In this document: positions 39,241 to 53,319 of the stretch, one piece after another
How the letters are laid out: each line of letters opens with the position of its first letter
Position numbering within the stretch: the first letter of the stretch is position 1
From: Chrysemys picta bellii
Taxonomy: Eukaryota
DNA length: 64,000 nucleotides
NCBI RefSeq assembly: GCF_011386835.1
Contig: NC_088804.1
Span: 37,634,001 to 37,698,000, forward strand
Direction: 5' to 3'
Position numbers and translations under genes: made by a program
The notes under the pieces: model-generated
What the model saw: only the letters and a program-made list of their open reading frames with translations
Database searches by the model: none
What the model was told of the DNA's origin: nothing

Positions 39241-42200
39241 TAATTTGTGTATCTCCTGTTATTGAAGTTACTTGTCTAATATGAAATATGGGAACTTTTA
39301 CTAGGGAGATAAATATTAGTAGACATGCGTTTAGTATAAAACAATCGTAAAAAACATGCTCACATTTCTGGGTGAATATATGTGACAGGGATGGGGTGGG
39401 ACAATAATACGCTTTTAAAGTGTGATATACAGCAAAGAAACCAAAATATTTGTGAAGCCTTTGCTACAGTATTTTGTTATTCTTCCGTTTAAACTCTTGC
39501 TTTGTAAATCTGGTTTAAAGCTTTTAAATCTGGGCACAGATTCTTATCAGGAAAAAGTTCTGCTTTGCTGGTTCTGAGGTCCCTGCGCTGTCCATTAGAT
39601 GGCATTGCTACTTTTTGCAGTAATGGCTGGGGGGGAAGTTATAGTGCACTTTCTCAGTCAGTGATCAAGTTATACTGTTGGGGCTTTTATTTGCATTGCA
39701 ATTGACAGCATATTTATCTTTTCAGCACCTATTATGTACTTAAAATACAATTTGCTTTATTAACAGATGGTTTAATATTTGTATCAACTGTCTCTGTATT
39801 GAGAATCAATAGCCTCTATCCTTAATTAGCTTATGACAGCATATAAAATATGGACTTGCCATAGAATGAAAATAATGATGAAATAATCTCACTGCTGACT
39901 ATATACTAACTAATAAAACATGATATATCAGTAAAACATAATATAATATAATCCATACTATGCCCTTATACAATATAAAGACTTTCCTATTTTCCAAAGT
40001 TTGGGGCACATTTTACTATTTCTAAGATAATTCTGTCCTATTCTTGTGAGATATTCAGACTGTTTTGACATGTAAGTGCCATATAAATACAAACTGTGTA
40101 TTATATTATATCATCCAGTATGGTTCAAAGATATAAGATCACTATGAAAAACATATACTTTAAAATTTAAATAGCAACATGTAGAAATATGCAAATAAGT
40201 TTGGGTTTGAAAAGGTGGCAAATGTAATTTTAAATATTAAAAAAAAATAGGAATTAAGTATAAATCCATTAGGAAGGAGACATTTTCTGTTCACATCAGT
40301 ATTTTCTCCTTGGGAATGTTAATATATCTTGTAGGCTATCCAGTTTTGTAGTTTTAAATATCCTTAACTTGAATAGAGTTCTAACTTTTTTGTTTCCAAG
40401 GCAGGAGTCCATATTAATAATAAAAATAGAGTGCCTAATTCTGATTTCATTTACACTGGTGAAATTCCATTGACTGGCATGCAGTCAAGGAGCCACAAAC
40501 TTTTTGATGTGATTTTATTTTATTTGAAGGACATGCTTCACCTTTAAACTTGAGAAAACACTTCAGAAGAAACCCAAATGTATATTTTAATCTCACCAAA
40601 ATCACTTTAAGGGATTTTCTCTAGCACTGATTCAGAAAAATATGCATTCACACTGAAAGACTGAACTGTACACTTTGACAAACGAATAAGCTGGAAACAA
40701 TATCAGAAATGTTACATTTTACCAGATATGGTAAAACGCTTACTTTTGCCGAGGGCTGAAAATCCTGAAAAGCAGCATTTCAATGCTAAAAAATAAATTC
40801 CTTTCCAAAAAAGCGATTCTGACTTTAGGATATGAAACCAGCTTGTAATATAGTTCATATATCACTTTTACTGTATTTAATTCACCTTAGTTGCATCAAC
40901 TGAACTTTTGGTAGAATTAGGAAGGCTGATTTATTATGAGCTCCTTTATTGATTTCTTATGTTTCTTACATGATTATATATTTAGGATATTTTGACAGTG
41001 GAAAATTAGCAAAAGCTATCTTTAAATTGTGTGGTGTACAACAGCAAAATCATGTTGTAACACCGGAGCCAGTGAAAATGAATATAGTCTCCATTCCCTT
41101 ACTTTTGATCTTTAAACGCTAAGAACTATTATTTTCAACATTCATGTCCACAGTTACATTTTAATATTAAGCTAAGGAGTCATTGCACTACAAATATTTG
41201 AAATATCTCTGGCAAATGAAAATGTATATAAAAATAAGTTTAGCTTTAGTTCTATGAACCTAGTGCATGTCGGATATTCCTAATTCAGTTTTACCCTATT
41301 AACGTACATTATGATCAGTTAAAGAAAAGTAACTTTTACTCCTTTTGGGTTGCAGAGGAATCTATAATATCACCAGATTTATTTCAGAATATCATGTTGT
41401 GATGTTTAAACTGTAGAGGTTCAAACCAAGAATGTTCTCATGTCAGTTTCAGAGTGAAAAGCAAAAGCTTGATGCCAAGAGAGAACCACAGTCAGACAAA
41501 ACTATATAAGAAAAACAAAACAAGCAAACATTAATCTCCAAAATGGAGCATTTAAAGTGCCAGGAGAGCCACATAAGTGCCTAATTCTGTCACATCAAAC
41601 ACGTTAGTTGAGTTCAGCACAAAGGGATGGGCAAATTAGATTGCAGATAATAGAAGTTTTGTGTAACCGTTTTCTTTTTTTAAAGCTAGATTTAATCATC
41701 TTGTCTTTTTTCAAAAAATACTTTATCATTCATCAGAAAACACGTTTATCAGGCAGGAGTATTATTGTAGTGGTTATTTTACAGTCAGCATAATTAAAAA
41801 CAACAACAAAACCAGGATTTCATTTTTTGTGTCGAGGAATATCACAAATGGGAAGAAACTGTAGAGCAGATCCTCAAAAATAGGTATAGTTCCATGGGAG
41901 TCAACGAAGATGTGGCCACACATATATTTTTCCTGGCTGGAAGAAAACTGATATCAAAGTCAACAACATTGGATCTCACCCTCAGAGAACATAACCTGCC
42001 CACTAAGCTGAATTTTGCCTGCATCAGGAATTCAGAATCAGATCCATCGCAGGATTTTCCAAGGATTTGGAAAAGGGACCACGGTAGCCTACAAAAGCAC
42101 TATCTTAAAATACATCCTTCAGGTATCAGTAAATTATACTCTATAGCATCTGATATACGGTAGTTCAAAGAAAATTAGCAACTGAAGAAAGATGCTCTTA

Positions 42201-44789
42201 GAAGATGCAGCCATAAATCATTTCCATTTTGATGTGAATTATAGCTTTTGTTCAGTGCCTAGCACATTGAAGGCTTGATTTTGATTGCAGTCTATGATGA
42301 TAATAATAATAATTAATAGTTAATACTCTACCCTAATAAATATGTACACATGAGCTTTCTAGGTGGTCAGAGCATCTTCTTTATTTATGCATCATAATAT
42401 TTTTATCCAATACTGTGCTACTTAATGTATGCAACAGTCTGGAAATCGTTTAGTTTTACATCCCTTACAGAGAGAACCAATTGGTCCTCATTTCATTATA
42501 GGACCACACTTACAACACTTCTGGGGGTAAAGGTTTGTAGGGTGGGGCCTTTAAGATGCAACTGTTGGTCTGAGGCAGTAATGAGAGTCTAAATAAATGC
42601 TCATAAATACAAGAAAAAATTCTCCACAGTCAGACTAGAGCAGAAAAAAATAATAAAGGGCCAAACTCTGCCATAAGTCACACTTCTGTAAGTCTGGAGT
42701 AACTACCCAGAGGTCAGTTTTAATCACAATGCTAGGAGGGTGGCAATAGTCTTAGACTCTGGTCTTGTAAGGGCATATGTATGGGTAGAACTACATGCCT
42801 GTGTGGCGTGCCACTGAAGTCAATGGGATTCTGCCCACATTCATGCTGTTGCAGGATCAGGCCCTTAACATTGGTTACATTATGATCATTAACATTTCAT
42901 TTGGCTGTTTTGTTGTCACATCCCCCTTTAGAGGATAATGTTGTCTAAAAGGGGTATCATCAAAACACCTGAAATGAACTGATGATAATGGTAACAACAT
43001 ACCTGAAAGTATTACCAACCTTAGTCAGTATCAATCATAATGCTGCCAAGGTACAACTACTGTCAAATGCAAAAATAGCAGGGATCCTGTCTGTAGCCAA
43101 CATGAATTTAGAAAGAAGATAGTAGCTGGGAATGAAAGTGAAAAATATTTTAGCTCGCTGTTAAAAAAAAAGGAATGTAAAAAGTAGATATTATGTTTAT
43201 TCAGAGTTGAGTTTGACTGAGGTTTGTTATAAAAATATTGTAGTAATTTTTTGAGAAACATTTTTTGTTTGGATAGATTAGCTGTACATGAAAGCACTTG
43301 AGCTTTTGAATCCTTTATGTAATATGGTAATGTTCATTTCTGGCATCAAAAGCTGCTTTTAATGTGAGCAGTGGGAAATCTTCCGTGCCAGTCAGATAAA
43401 ATCTCACTGCAATTTAGCACAGTGATGACCATGTATCAGAGTGTGTCATTGTTTCCCCCCGTGTTGATGAACATGTGCTGTATGCAAAAGCGTCTATACT
43501 CCAGTGCTACTCAGACTGGCTCGTGAAGCTCAAGTGGCCCTTTAATGTGTCTCTCGGGGCTCTTTGCAGCACATGATATTAAAACACGGTGTGATTTAAT
43601 AATTAATCACCCGAAGTGATTAACCAATCAGGATGCTTTTACTATCCAATTGATCAACAGTAGTTGATAAAATAATAATGCTTGGTCAGTCATTTTACTG
43701 TAATATATATGACAGGGGAAATATTTGTTATATATATATATATATATATGTCATACTGTTTAAATATGAATATATATATATATATATTTACTAGAGAAAA
43801 TGAAACAATGAATTTACACTACCGTGGCTCTTTTGGATAATTTTAATTTGGCTCCTTAACCACTGAGGTCTGAGTATCACTGCTCCATGGCATCCGTTTC
43901 ACTGTCCCTATACTGTACACTGTTCCCTGTGAATGAACCATTTCTGGTAAAGACATTATTACCGCTCTGGTCAGTTGCAAGATCTGGTGGTACAGAGACA
44001 AAAAAATCCCCAAAACCTAGTAGTAACCGCTGTAGGGCAGTAGTAGAAAAGATCCACTTTACTTCTAGGATACAAGCCCCTCAAGCCCTATTTAGAAGTG
44101 AGTAGCTTGGGGCATATCAGAATGCTACAGTCCCTTTCCTCCTTACCTCCATCTACACTGACATCTCGCCAGGCCCCAATTCAGCAAAGCATTTAATCTT
44201 GCATTTTATGTTAAGTATGTGGGTTGTTACACTGAAGCGAGGCACTTGGGATTGTCCTTCTAAATCGACTCTGGTCTCCTTTTTGCAGGCTGAAACTGCC
44301 TTGGATGCAGATGTGCTGATTCGGCTATTCGCTCTGTCCTCTATGTACTCAGTCTCAGGCAGGCAAATACAGCTTGCGGTTAGATAACATGCTCTTTGAA
44401 AACATGAACAGATTATACCCGATAGTTAGACTCTGTCATTCTGTATTGGTTAAAAAATTAGAGCCAGCTCCTCAACTGGTGTAAGTTGTCACGGCTCATT
44501 CTAGTTACAATTTATGCCAGCTGAGGATCTGGCCTTTAGTGTCTTATTTTCCAGTTCAAGGTTAAATCATCTAACAGAAAACAACAAAACAGTGAAAACA
44601 AACAAGGGTTCTCTTAATTGTATATTACATCAGACAAATTCAGACCATCATCTTTGTGTCTCTAACCCCAAAGAAAGCCCCATTGTTGACCCCTGAGACT
44701 GGACACTGTTGGGCTTGTTTAGTGCTACCCACATGAAGAAGACATTACAGAGCTCTTTTCAGCCCTAACTCCAGTGCTCTTGATTCTGA

Positions 44790-44868
44790 GGTTCTTACCC
44801 ACGAAAGCTTATGCTCCCAATACTTCTGTTAGTCTTAAAGGTGCCACAGGACCCTCTGTTGCTTTTTA
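44790..44868 (+). mobile_element. Short Penelope pLTR insertion (3' half of hammerhead only)
   Basis: cccacgaaagcttatgctcccaatacttctgttagtcttaaaggtgcc; 11-bp TSD cttgattctga (44779-44789 / 44869-44879). Confidence 0.8.
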
Positions 44869-46384
44869 CTTGATTCTGAAGTATCCTTTGTAATAACCTT
44901 GCAGAGAAACAATTCTCCCTTGACCCATCCACACGCTAAAAGGATGGCGCTCTATATCAACTGTTTTTTCTGAATTGTCAGTGAAATTTCCATTCGGTCT
45001 GTGATTGAGCTCAGGTTTTGCTTGGTAACTATTTATGCCTTGTAAAGTGTTTTTATATAACCTGTAATATTTCTGGTCTGTTTAAAATCCTTTGCAAAAG
45101 TTATGTTCTTATGTTTGTCATTTCACAGTGTTTTTGTTTAAGTGTGTACACTGATGCTCTGCCAACACTGTGAATGTTTCTGAAAGACGAATGTCCGATT
45201 AAGTAGCTCGCTGCTCTTTTGAGGTCATACGCTAATTTAGCATTTAAAACAAAAAAAGGCTATTAGAGTTAACCTTGTCTCACAGCAAATTCCAGGAATT
45301 TGGGTAATTAAATTCTGCTTACTTACATTCCCCTGAAACTTCCATTGAATAAGATATTCTTCTTCAATGCCTGTACTAAACTGGTGTGTAAGTTTTGTTG
45401 TGTGCTGTTAAATAGATGGTACATGCCACACCAGAGATAGCTGCATTGCACAGACACGTGTGTGAGAATATATACATACATGCACACACACACATATATG
45501 TATAGTTATGTCCCTTGGAATTCTTTCTTCTGTGGCATCATAGGTATGCATGGCACCTCTTTAAAGAAAAAAATGTATTTATGTATTTATTTTTTTAAAA
45601 AACCCTTCAGTCTTAAGATTCAACATTCAATATTGCAGAGCTCAATTTATAGGAATCATAAAAAAAGTGAGATTACTGTTCCATCAATTTTCCTCTCTAT
45701 TCTACTGCCTATCCTCCTAATTTGTGTGGGACATAAGTAACCCTAGGTCTAAAAGGAATGTATGTTTCTCATAAGAGAACAGAAGGGGATGACTATGTCT
45801 TTGGCTCTATAGCAGGTGGGAACTGAGGGAGATTTTAGGTAAAAGCTGTACAGTGAAGGCAGAATAGCTTTAGAGATAACTTCCTTATTCTCATAAAGTT
45901 CCTTGTTCAGTGTTAGAAGAAAGAGTCTCTGATTCTCCATGGCTATTACATGGTAGTAGTTAAAGGATAGGACTGAGTAATTGGTGGACACACAGCTCAT
46001 ATCAGTTTTGGGTGGCAGTTCTGATGGGATGGAGATTGTATATATAAGTCCCACCACCTGCATACAGATATAATAATTGTGATTAACGTAATCAACATCA
46101 AAACTAAAGTCCTTATTTAGTAATCCTTTAATCTGAGGCCCGCTGTAAGATCTATGCTTCTCCATAGTCCAACTGACATGGAACATTACAGAACTTTCTC
46201 CTTCTGCTATCCTGACTGGAGCCTTCTCTTTCCAATTAGATTCAACCAGGGCCAGGACTTTTTCACAACCCCCACCTCCTGCCTTCCACCTCAGTCATCT
46301 TCTGAGCCCCTCTGTTGAGTGGATTTTTAAGGGAGCCAATACCACCCTCTTGTAATGCTGTGTGTCTACCCGTTAGATGGGCAA

Positions 46385-46535
46385 TATCCTAGACAGGCAT
46401 TCCAAATTGGAGTCAGGACACCTGAGTTCTTAGACTTCCGTGGGCAAGTCACTTAAGCTCTGCCTTGGTTTTCCAGTCTGTAAACTGAGGAAGACTGGCT
46501 AATAATAGCTGCTAACTCAGGGGACTGTGAGATTA
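46385..46535 (+). mobile_element. MIR-like CORE-SINE remnant
   Basis: ggagtcaggacacctgagttct...gggcaagtcacttaagctctgcc...ctgtaaactgagg. Confidence 0.6.
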
Positions 46536-47979
46536 AAGAAATTAATCCTTTTCTCTGGTTTTAGGACCCTAATTGTTTCTGACAGGCTTTAGGGCTCTAA
46601 TCCCTTCCTCATGGTTTAGAGTGCACCATTTCAGAGTGGTCTGCTCTCCTACTTCTAAGGCACGTTTGTCATCCAGCATTTGAATTTCTGGGTTACTTGT
46701 GCTGCATTATTCCTTTTTCATAGGCAGACAGACAGACAGCCTGATAGATAGGACCATTGGTCCAGTGTCTTTGCCCCAGCTGAGGTCAATCTAGGCGGCT
46801 TCAGAGGAGAGGCATAATCCCCCTAATGAAACATTTTCAATGCTGAACATGGGGGTAACATACCTTCCTGACCCCAGCAGTGCTCAGATTGTGTCTTGAA
46901 GCATCACATTTAAATTCAACTCACATTAGCTGGCATACTTACAGTTGTTACCAACAGTCAACTGATCAGCTTTTAAGAAACCTTCACCATATCGTTTGAC
47001 TCTGAGAACCACTGCGATGAATTTTAGCCTACTCCACTCAAAACTCCTGAAGTTCAAAGATGGGCTTTGGTGCATATTATGGGATACGACTGGATGTCGA
47101 ATTTAACAGACCATATGTACTGTGCAGGTGGATTGGGTATATGGAAAGGTCACACCTACAGGCTTCTTAGGTCTCTGGTGTGAAAGATAAAGCCATCTGG
47201 TCACCATTTGACAGCTTCAATTGTAATTACACCATTTGGCCTATGAATTGCTGTGAGCTGCTGTTTTGAACTAAAGGGCTGTGGTTCAGCCATGCTAGCG
47301 CCCTGCTAGAAATCAAGTCATTACCCAGAAGCTGAGTTTCTGGGCTGCAACTAGTTTCATTTCTTTGGCCTTATTTTTACCTTTCGGATTTATCTCTGTG
47401 GATCTTTGTGAGGATTGTGAACTTGGCAGTACCTGTTTAACATAAATAACCACAAAATAACCGATGACACCTGTTCCTCCCATCACACTGCATGGGAGAC
47501 GAGCAAGGGCATTTCCAGTGAAATTCCACCAATGCAATATGGAAGTGTTTAAAGGAAGACCTGCACCTTTCAGGCTAGCAGAGATCTGAACCTTTAAATT
47601 ACAGCCATTCCCAGCCGGAGGATAAGTAAATAAACAATTCACAGCTGCATGGACTAAACACAGAAACACATCTATCTCTTCCAGCCATGATTGCTGAACA
47701 AGTAATTAAGTGCGAAACGTGAGCCCTCAATGTCAGTCTGAGACGATAAAGGTCTCCAGTTGTAAATTAACTGAACTCCAGAGAGCCCTCCGGATTAACC
47801 CTTGAAGCACCCTTAGGTGAGACAAGAGAGCGTTTATACACTGAGGCGTTAGCCTTGCATAAATCCAACAGCATTTGCATGTAATTAAATTGCACCCTGG
47901 AGGTACGGCATTGTTATTTAACACATTAAAAAAAGCCAAGCAAACAACCCAACACAGGAAGTTCCTTTCTCTTCTGCCT

Positions 47980-48195
47980 CCTTGGTCCAGTGGCTGGGGC
48001 ATTAGTGTAGGACTCAGGAAACCTGGGATCATTTCCTGGCTCTGCCACAGAGACAGTCATTTCACCTGTGTCTCAGTCCCTCATGTGTAAAAGGGGGACA
48101 ATAGCACTGCCCTACATTGCAGGGGTGTTGAGAGGGTAAGTACGTTAAAGATTGTGAGGCAGTCAAATATTACGGTGGTGGGAGCCATATACGAA
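47980..48195 (+). mobile_element. MIR-like CORE-SINE
   Basis: ggactcaggaaacctgggatcatttcctggctctgccacag...tgtaaaaggggacaatagcactgccctac. Confidence 0.7.
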
Positions 48196-48251
48196 CCATG
48201 CGCAGATAGATATCAACCAAAAATTGAACATGCTAACTGGGAGTAGGGAGA

Positions 48252-48412
48252 CAAGGTGGGTGAGGTAATATCTTTTATTGGACCCACTTCTGTTGGTGAG
48301 AGAGACAAGCTTTCGAGTTTACACAGAGCTTTTCTTCAGGTCTGGGAAACGTACTCAGCTAAATACAAGGTGGAACAGATTGCTTAACATAAGTATTTGA
48401 CACTTCTTTCAA
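48252..48412 (-). mobile_element. Penelope pLTR insertion, second family, with hammerhead motif (48303-48343)
   Basis: Minus strand AGAC-CUGAAGA-A-...-GAAA-GC-UU-GUCU; 13-bp TSD gggag(t/c)agggaga. Confidence 0.75.
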
Positions 48413-49055
48413 GGGAGCAGGGAGATTTTTAATGATCTGATTAACAACTTTAATTGAAATCCGTTAAACGGCATCTCTTTTTAAATACTTTATTTAAAAC
48501 CAGGACATTTTCCTTCCCCATGAGAACAGCATGCAAAGGTAGCTTGTGTAGCCAGCCCTTGTGGTTTTATCATGAGTCCTATGGTATGTGGTGACTTCTC
48601 GTAAAGCTCCAGCTTCTGGAGTCATGTGATTATGTAAGAATCTTACCTTTCATTATTTTTTAAAAGTACATTTCTAGCCCTTGTGTCTGCAGAGAAAAAA
48701 TTGAAATGTGACCTGTGTGCACCCTAAAAGGCTCACTTTAAATGAACCCAAATGAACTTTTTTTTTTTAATTCTTACGGTTTTTAAGAAAACCTGATGAT
48801 TTTTTGAAGCTCAACTCCTGATTTTCGAACTTTTGGGCAATACCTATTACAAGTTTACTAATTAGCTGATGATTTTTTTTTTAACTTGACTGATTTGGAG
48901 CAAGACTTTGCTTGTGAGAGAGACCCTGCGGTGAGGGAGGCAGCTCTGCTCATCATCTGGATCTGGCTGCTTAGAGTGGGGAGAGGCCCTGCCATGAGCC
49001 CAGCACCCCAGTCCCATGTCCCTGCTGCTTGGAGACCAGGACACATAGCTGTGCC

Positions 49056-49192
49056 CAGGGGTGCTGGAATAATTTGTATAGTGGGGGTGCTGAGAGCCAC
49101 TGAACCAAACAGTAAACCCTGCATACGATGGAAACCACTTCAAGCCATGGAGTGTGGCAGTACCCCCAACACCTCTAGTTCCAGCGCCTCTG
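49056..49192. mobile_element. Short hAT-type MITE nested in older repeat sequence
   Basis: TIR caggggtgctggaa / ttccagcgcctctg; 8-bp flanks gctgtgcc / actctgcc (6/8). Confidence 0.6.
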
Positions 49193-50095
49193 ACTCTGCC
49201 ATCATCATGCAGTGACATGGCTGGGCCCAGCCCCACTATGACACAAGGCCTGGGCTTTGGAGCTGCGTGCGGTTTCTCATGTGGCGCGAATGTAGCTCCG
49301 CACCCCACTCCCTGTTTTGGCACCACTGGTTTCATTGTTTCTGGGGGTGCAATCGAACTGATGAACCCCTGCTAAAAGGGCCCCTGGGATAAGCCCTGTG
49401 ACTCTGCATAGAGGAGGGGGAGGAACAGATGCCTCTTATTCTCTATGTGGCCACATAGCGTTGTGTTGCAGTCAAGCCCTGTAAAAATAATATTTGAACT
49501 ATGGCTCCATCCTGGACCTTGGAGCTGAGGCCATGCAAAATAGTCCAGTAACATGGCAGTACATTGTTTTAGGGTCTATACAATGTATGTGGGTGAGTGT
49601 TTTGTTTCACTTTGTTTGTGGATTCTGAATTTCAAAACCCTAAATTTAAAGAAACTGCCTGATGATACCTTGTCACTGCTGAGCATTTTGAAATCTGAGC
49701 ATTCCTGATTCACAAATGAGGTGACAGTGAAACCACCTTCACTGAATTTCCATTTTGTTATGGAACATAATTAGCTAGGAGATACATGTGTTAGGTCTGC
49801 ATTAGTGTCTGTATTAGCAATATACCTTGCTAGTACACCTCCTCCCCAACCCGAGACACAAGACATACACGTCTTGTATTCTCAGAGCATGTTTGCTTAA
49901 CAAATTCTTATGTATTCATTCATAAGAATTAATTTTCAAATATTGGACAATTAAAGACATTAACAGATTATAAACCAAACATATAGTCAGCTGTTTTCTT
50001 CATTTACCTTTTCTTTTGTGCGTCTCCTTGTTTAGTTCCCACGCTAGCAGTCACTGCCTAGTTACAAAGAGCAGCCCTGTTTACTGTTCACTAAG

Positions 50096-50290
50096 GTTAT
50101 GTCTGCACTAGAGAATGTACAGCGGCGCAGCTGCACGGATGCTGCTGTAAGATCTCTAATGTAGCCGCTCTAAGACAACAAGAGAGAGCTCTCCGTCGGC
50201 TTAATTACTCCAGGGCCCGAGACCGGACGTAGCTATGTTGCTGGGAGAAGCTCTCCCACTGACATAGCACTGTCCACACTAGCGCTTAAG
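50096..50290. mobile_element. Harbinger-type MITE (partial)
   Basis: taaggttatgtctgcactag terminus and family-like interior. Confidence 0.55.
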
Positions 50291-52672
50291 TCCCTCAGGG
50301 GGGCGGCTAATTCACAAAGTGACCCAGACCCAGGCCTCAGCTAATGACGAGGGACAACAAATGAGAAACCAGGGATGGGAGTGAAGGTCACAGGGATAAA
50401 ATTAGTGAACTCAGTGCAGCCGAGGACTGAGCCAACTGGCTTGGATTTGTGTGATAGATCTTAATCTATTTGGAGAAGATGCTGGCTTTCGCTATACATC
50501 TGTACAGCGCCCAGCGCAATGGGATCTCAGTTTGTGTGATGCCTCCAGGTTCAATTGTAATATAAATAATACTATATAATAATAATAATAATTAATAATA
50601 AACAACATTAGAGATTTTTTTTCAGAAGGGGGTCATCCCATTTTAAATTTAATTGTTGAAAGGGAGCTTACTGGGAGCTGGTTATGTGCAGAAATATCTA
50701 GTTCTTACATTCAGGTCTCCTTCATATTCATTCCTAACACATTCTCTCATATCATGTGACTGGATGGAGCTACTGGAATAGCAGAGAATTGTGACACATG
50801 ACAGCACTGTAGCAAGGACCTATTGGGTCATACTGTCCATCTCTCTATCCTTTCCAGGTAGGATTGGTCCCTACAGTGGTGCCACAGACATATGCCGAGT
50901 AGGCAGCTATCTGAGGAACAATATGTAAGAGGTGCCGTTAACTTAATACAGGGAAAGGCCATTCTCAATTCCCTGTTCTCCCTTTGGGGAATTTCTACTT
51001 TCCTGCTACCTACTCCAATAGTGTGTCTGCTCAATCATGTACAGTAAGTGCCCTCAGGCCACAGATATGTCCAGGGATCATTTGCAGCACTCATCATTAA
51101 TTCATACATTGACTTGTACTGTTGTGTTCGCTGGGGAAAGGAAAGAGAACAGGGTGCGAATGGTGCCAACGGGGAAAGGTACTTAAAATCACCTTTGCTT
51201 GGAGCATATAATTTATCTAGGACTTGGTTCTCTACGGTATACTTCTTCAGATTTCAATTAGTCTTTTTCTCCCCCTTCTCATGAGGCAAGCTGGTTATCT
51301 TTTATGGTCTTGATCTTTAAAGACTGTTGAAATCAATGGAAAGCCCCTGAAATGTTTAGCAGGGAGATGTTGATGGGAGTGTCTCATAGGTAAAGAAGGC
51401 CAGAAATGAAACCACTGGAATCCACAAAATAGCTATGTATCTGTGCATATCCCAAAGCAGCCTCCTGTCCCAATCGTCAAGTGGCCTGAATGTCATTGCA
51501 AAGCCAACTCCTGTAAATAGATGGCCAGTGATGTATCATAATTCTGCGAAAGGCAACCAACAATTAAACTTTTGCAAAGATGATGTAATAAAAACACGGT
51601 GTGGCTGATTGTTAGCATCTTCTCTTCCCTATGTTTGAAAGTGTATACATAGCTCCTAATCTACCTGGCCCATTTCCACACAGGCAGAGCTGGCATGACA
51701 CAAATCACTCCAGCAGAATGTAAGCATGAGCTTGGACAGCTACCACAGATGGTGACCACTACATCCATTTTAAGATCTACTTCCCTAGGTGGACCCTAGG
51801 AATCAGTCACCGAGAGTGAAAGCTTTAAAAATACCTTAAAAGCTAAGCTGTGAGAAAGAAAATTCCCTAAAGGTCCCGTCTACGCTGGAGCCTCCATTTT
51901 TGGTTTTAAAATGCTACTTTTGTTGCCTCAGTTACTGCTCTAACAAACAGCTTAATGTTATTAGAAAAGAGCTGATTGTGAGTGGGAAGGCAAGAAAACA
52001 AAAGGAAATGGATGAACCGGAACTTAATTTTCTAGTAGAAACTATTATTTCTTTTTTCTCCTTTTTTATTTTTTAGAAGATGTTTTATTAAGTTTATTGC
52101 GCTGCTTCCCATGTTACCTTTTAGAGTTAGTTTAGTCTAAAAAAAATTACTAATTAAGGACAGAAATAGAAATCCAAAGTTTTGCTTCTCAGCAGCCAAG
52201 TAGAAAATCTTTTAATGCTCCTGGATTTTGCATTATAGCTCTAAATTTCTCATTGGTATTTAGTAATCTGCTGATTGTATTGGTCCTCCGAGTCTTCATG
52301 TACAGCACTAACTCATAGTAGCTCAAAGTTTTAGCAAAACAACTAATAAAAGCTACAGGTTTTGTTTCATTCAAGCTTTTTTCCCCGCTGAGTCCAAATT
52401 ACAGTGCTATATCACTTTAACAGGAGTTGCATCGTTATAGGACAAATGGCAAGGTATTGCATGGTCCCATGGGACTCGTGCCATCATTTTGGATCTACTT
52501 ATCTGCACCAATTTACTCCTCCTTGTGAAGTGAATCCAGAACGGTGAGGTGCAAGCAACTGAGGTTGCCACTTAAGTTTGCACTCTGAGACAAACTCGTC
52601 ATTATAACACTATGGTTTGTTTCTTTTAATGTCCTACTAGACTAGCACAAAGACGAGGGTCAGCTCCAAGAA

Positions 52673-52791
52673 GAAGTGGGTTTTTTACCCACAAAAGCTT
52701 ATGCCCAAATAAATCTGTTAGTCTTTAAGGTGCCACCGGACTCCTTGTTGTTTTTGTGGATACAGACTAACACGGCTACTCCCTGATACTT
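52673..52791 (+). mobile_element. Short Penelope pLTR insertion
   Basis: pLTR running to ...acacggctactccctgatact; 11-bp TSD agctccaagaa (52662-52672 / 52792-52802). Confidence 0.8.
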
Positions 52792-53131
52792 AGCTCCAAG
52801 AAAGTCAATCCTAGGCAGTTTTGTGGTGGTATTTTATGACTTCTATGATGCTGGTGTGAGGGGCACACTGGTCCCACAAGAACAGGGATCAATGAAGCAG
52901 TTTGGCTCAATTTAGAAACCTCTGACCATGTTTAGACCTGACAGGGGTTAAGAAAGAGTTGCATAATTTTTTTTTCCACTCCCACATTTCATGGAGATTG
53001 GAACCAGATGGATCAAATTACTGTGAGATGTGCCTGAATCAACAACTCAGATCTGAACACCCCACCATCAGGGGAAGGTTGGATTCACATCTGATCCAAA
53101 CTTTGCTGTGAGAGATGTTGTGTTGATGGTA

Positions 53132-53319
53132 ATAATAATTAATGGAGATATCCCATCTCCTAGAACTGGAAGGGACCTTGAAAGGTCATCAAGTCTGCCT
53201 TCACTAGCAGGACCAAGTACTGATTTTGCCCCAGATCCCCAAGCGGCCCCTTCAAGAATTGAATTCACAACCCTGGGTTTAGCAGGCCAATGCTCAAACC
53301 ACTGAGCTATCCCTCCCCC
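53132..53319 (-). mobile_element. Tortoise-type Pol III SINE (tRNA head, CR1-like tail)
   Basis: Minus strand ggggagggatagctcagtggtttgagcattggcctgctaaacccagggttgtgaattcaattc (A and B boxes) plus gaccttgaaaggtcatc...ctagga CR1-type tail; possible TSD tggta. Confidence 0.85.

Noticed and set aside
41798-42163. 121-codon stop-free plus-strand frame (QDFIFCVEEYHKWEETVEQ...)
   Set aside because: No convincing acceptor, no recognisable homology; a few frames of this length are expected by chance in a window this size
44200-44390. YVGCYTE word suggesting a WSC domain; acceptor-like site at 44289
   Set aside because: Stop follows within 10 codons and the remaining cysteine pattern is in another frame and does not fit
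45749-46260. 145-aa minus-strand ORF
   Set aside because: No ATG-anchored or splice support; the region has faint old-LINE character; not assignable
43581-51603. Exact 13-mer aaaacacggtgtg at 43581 and 51591
   Set aside because: Many 13-mer matches are expected by chance in 64 kb of AT-rich DNA
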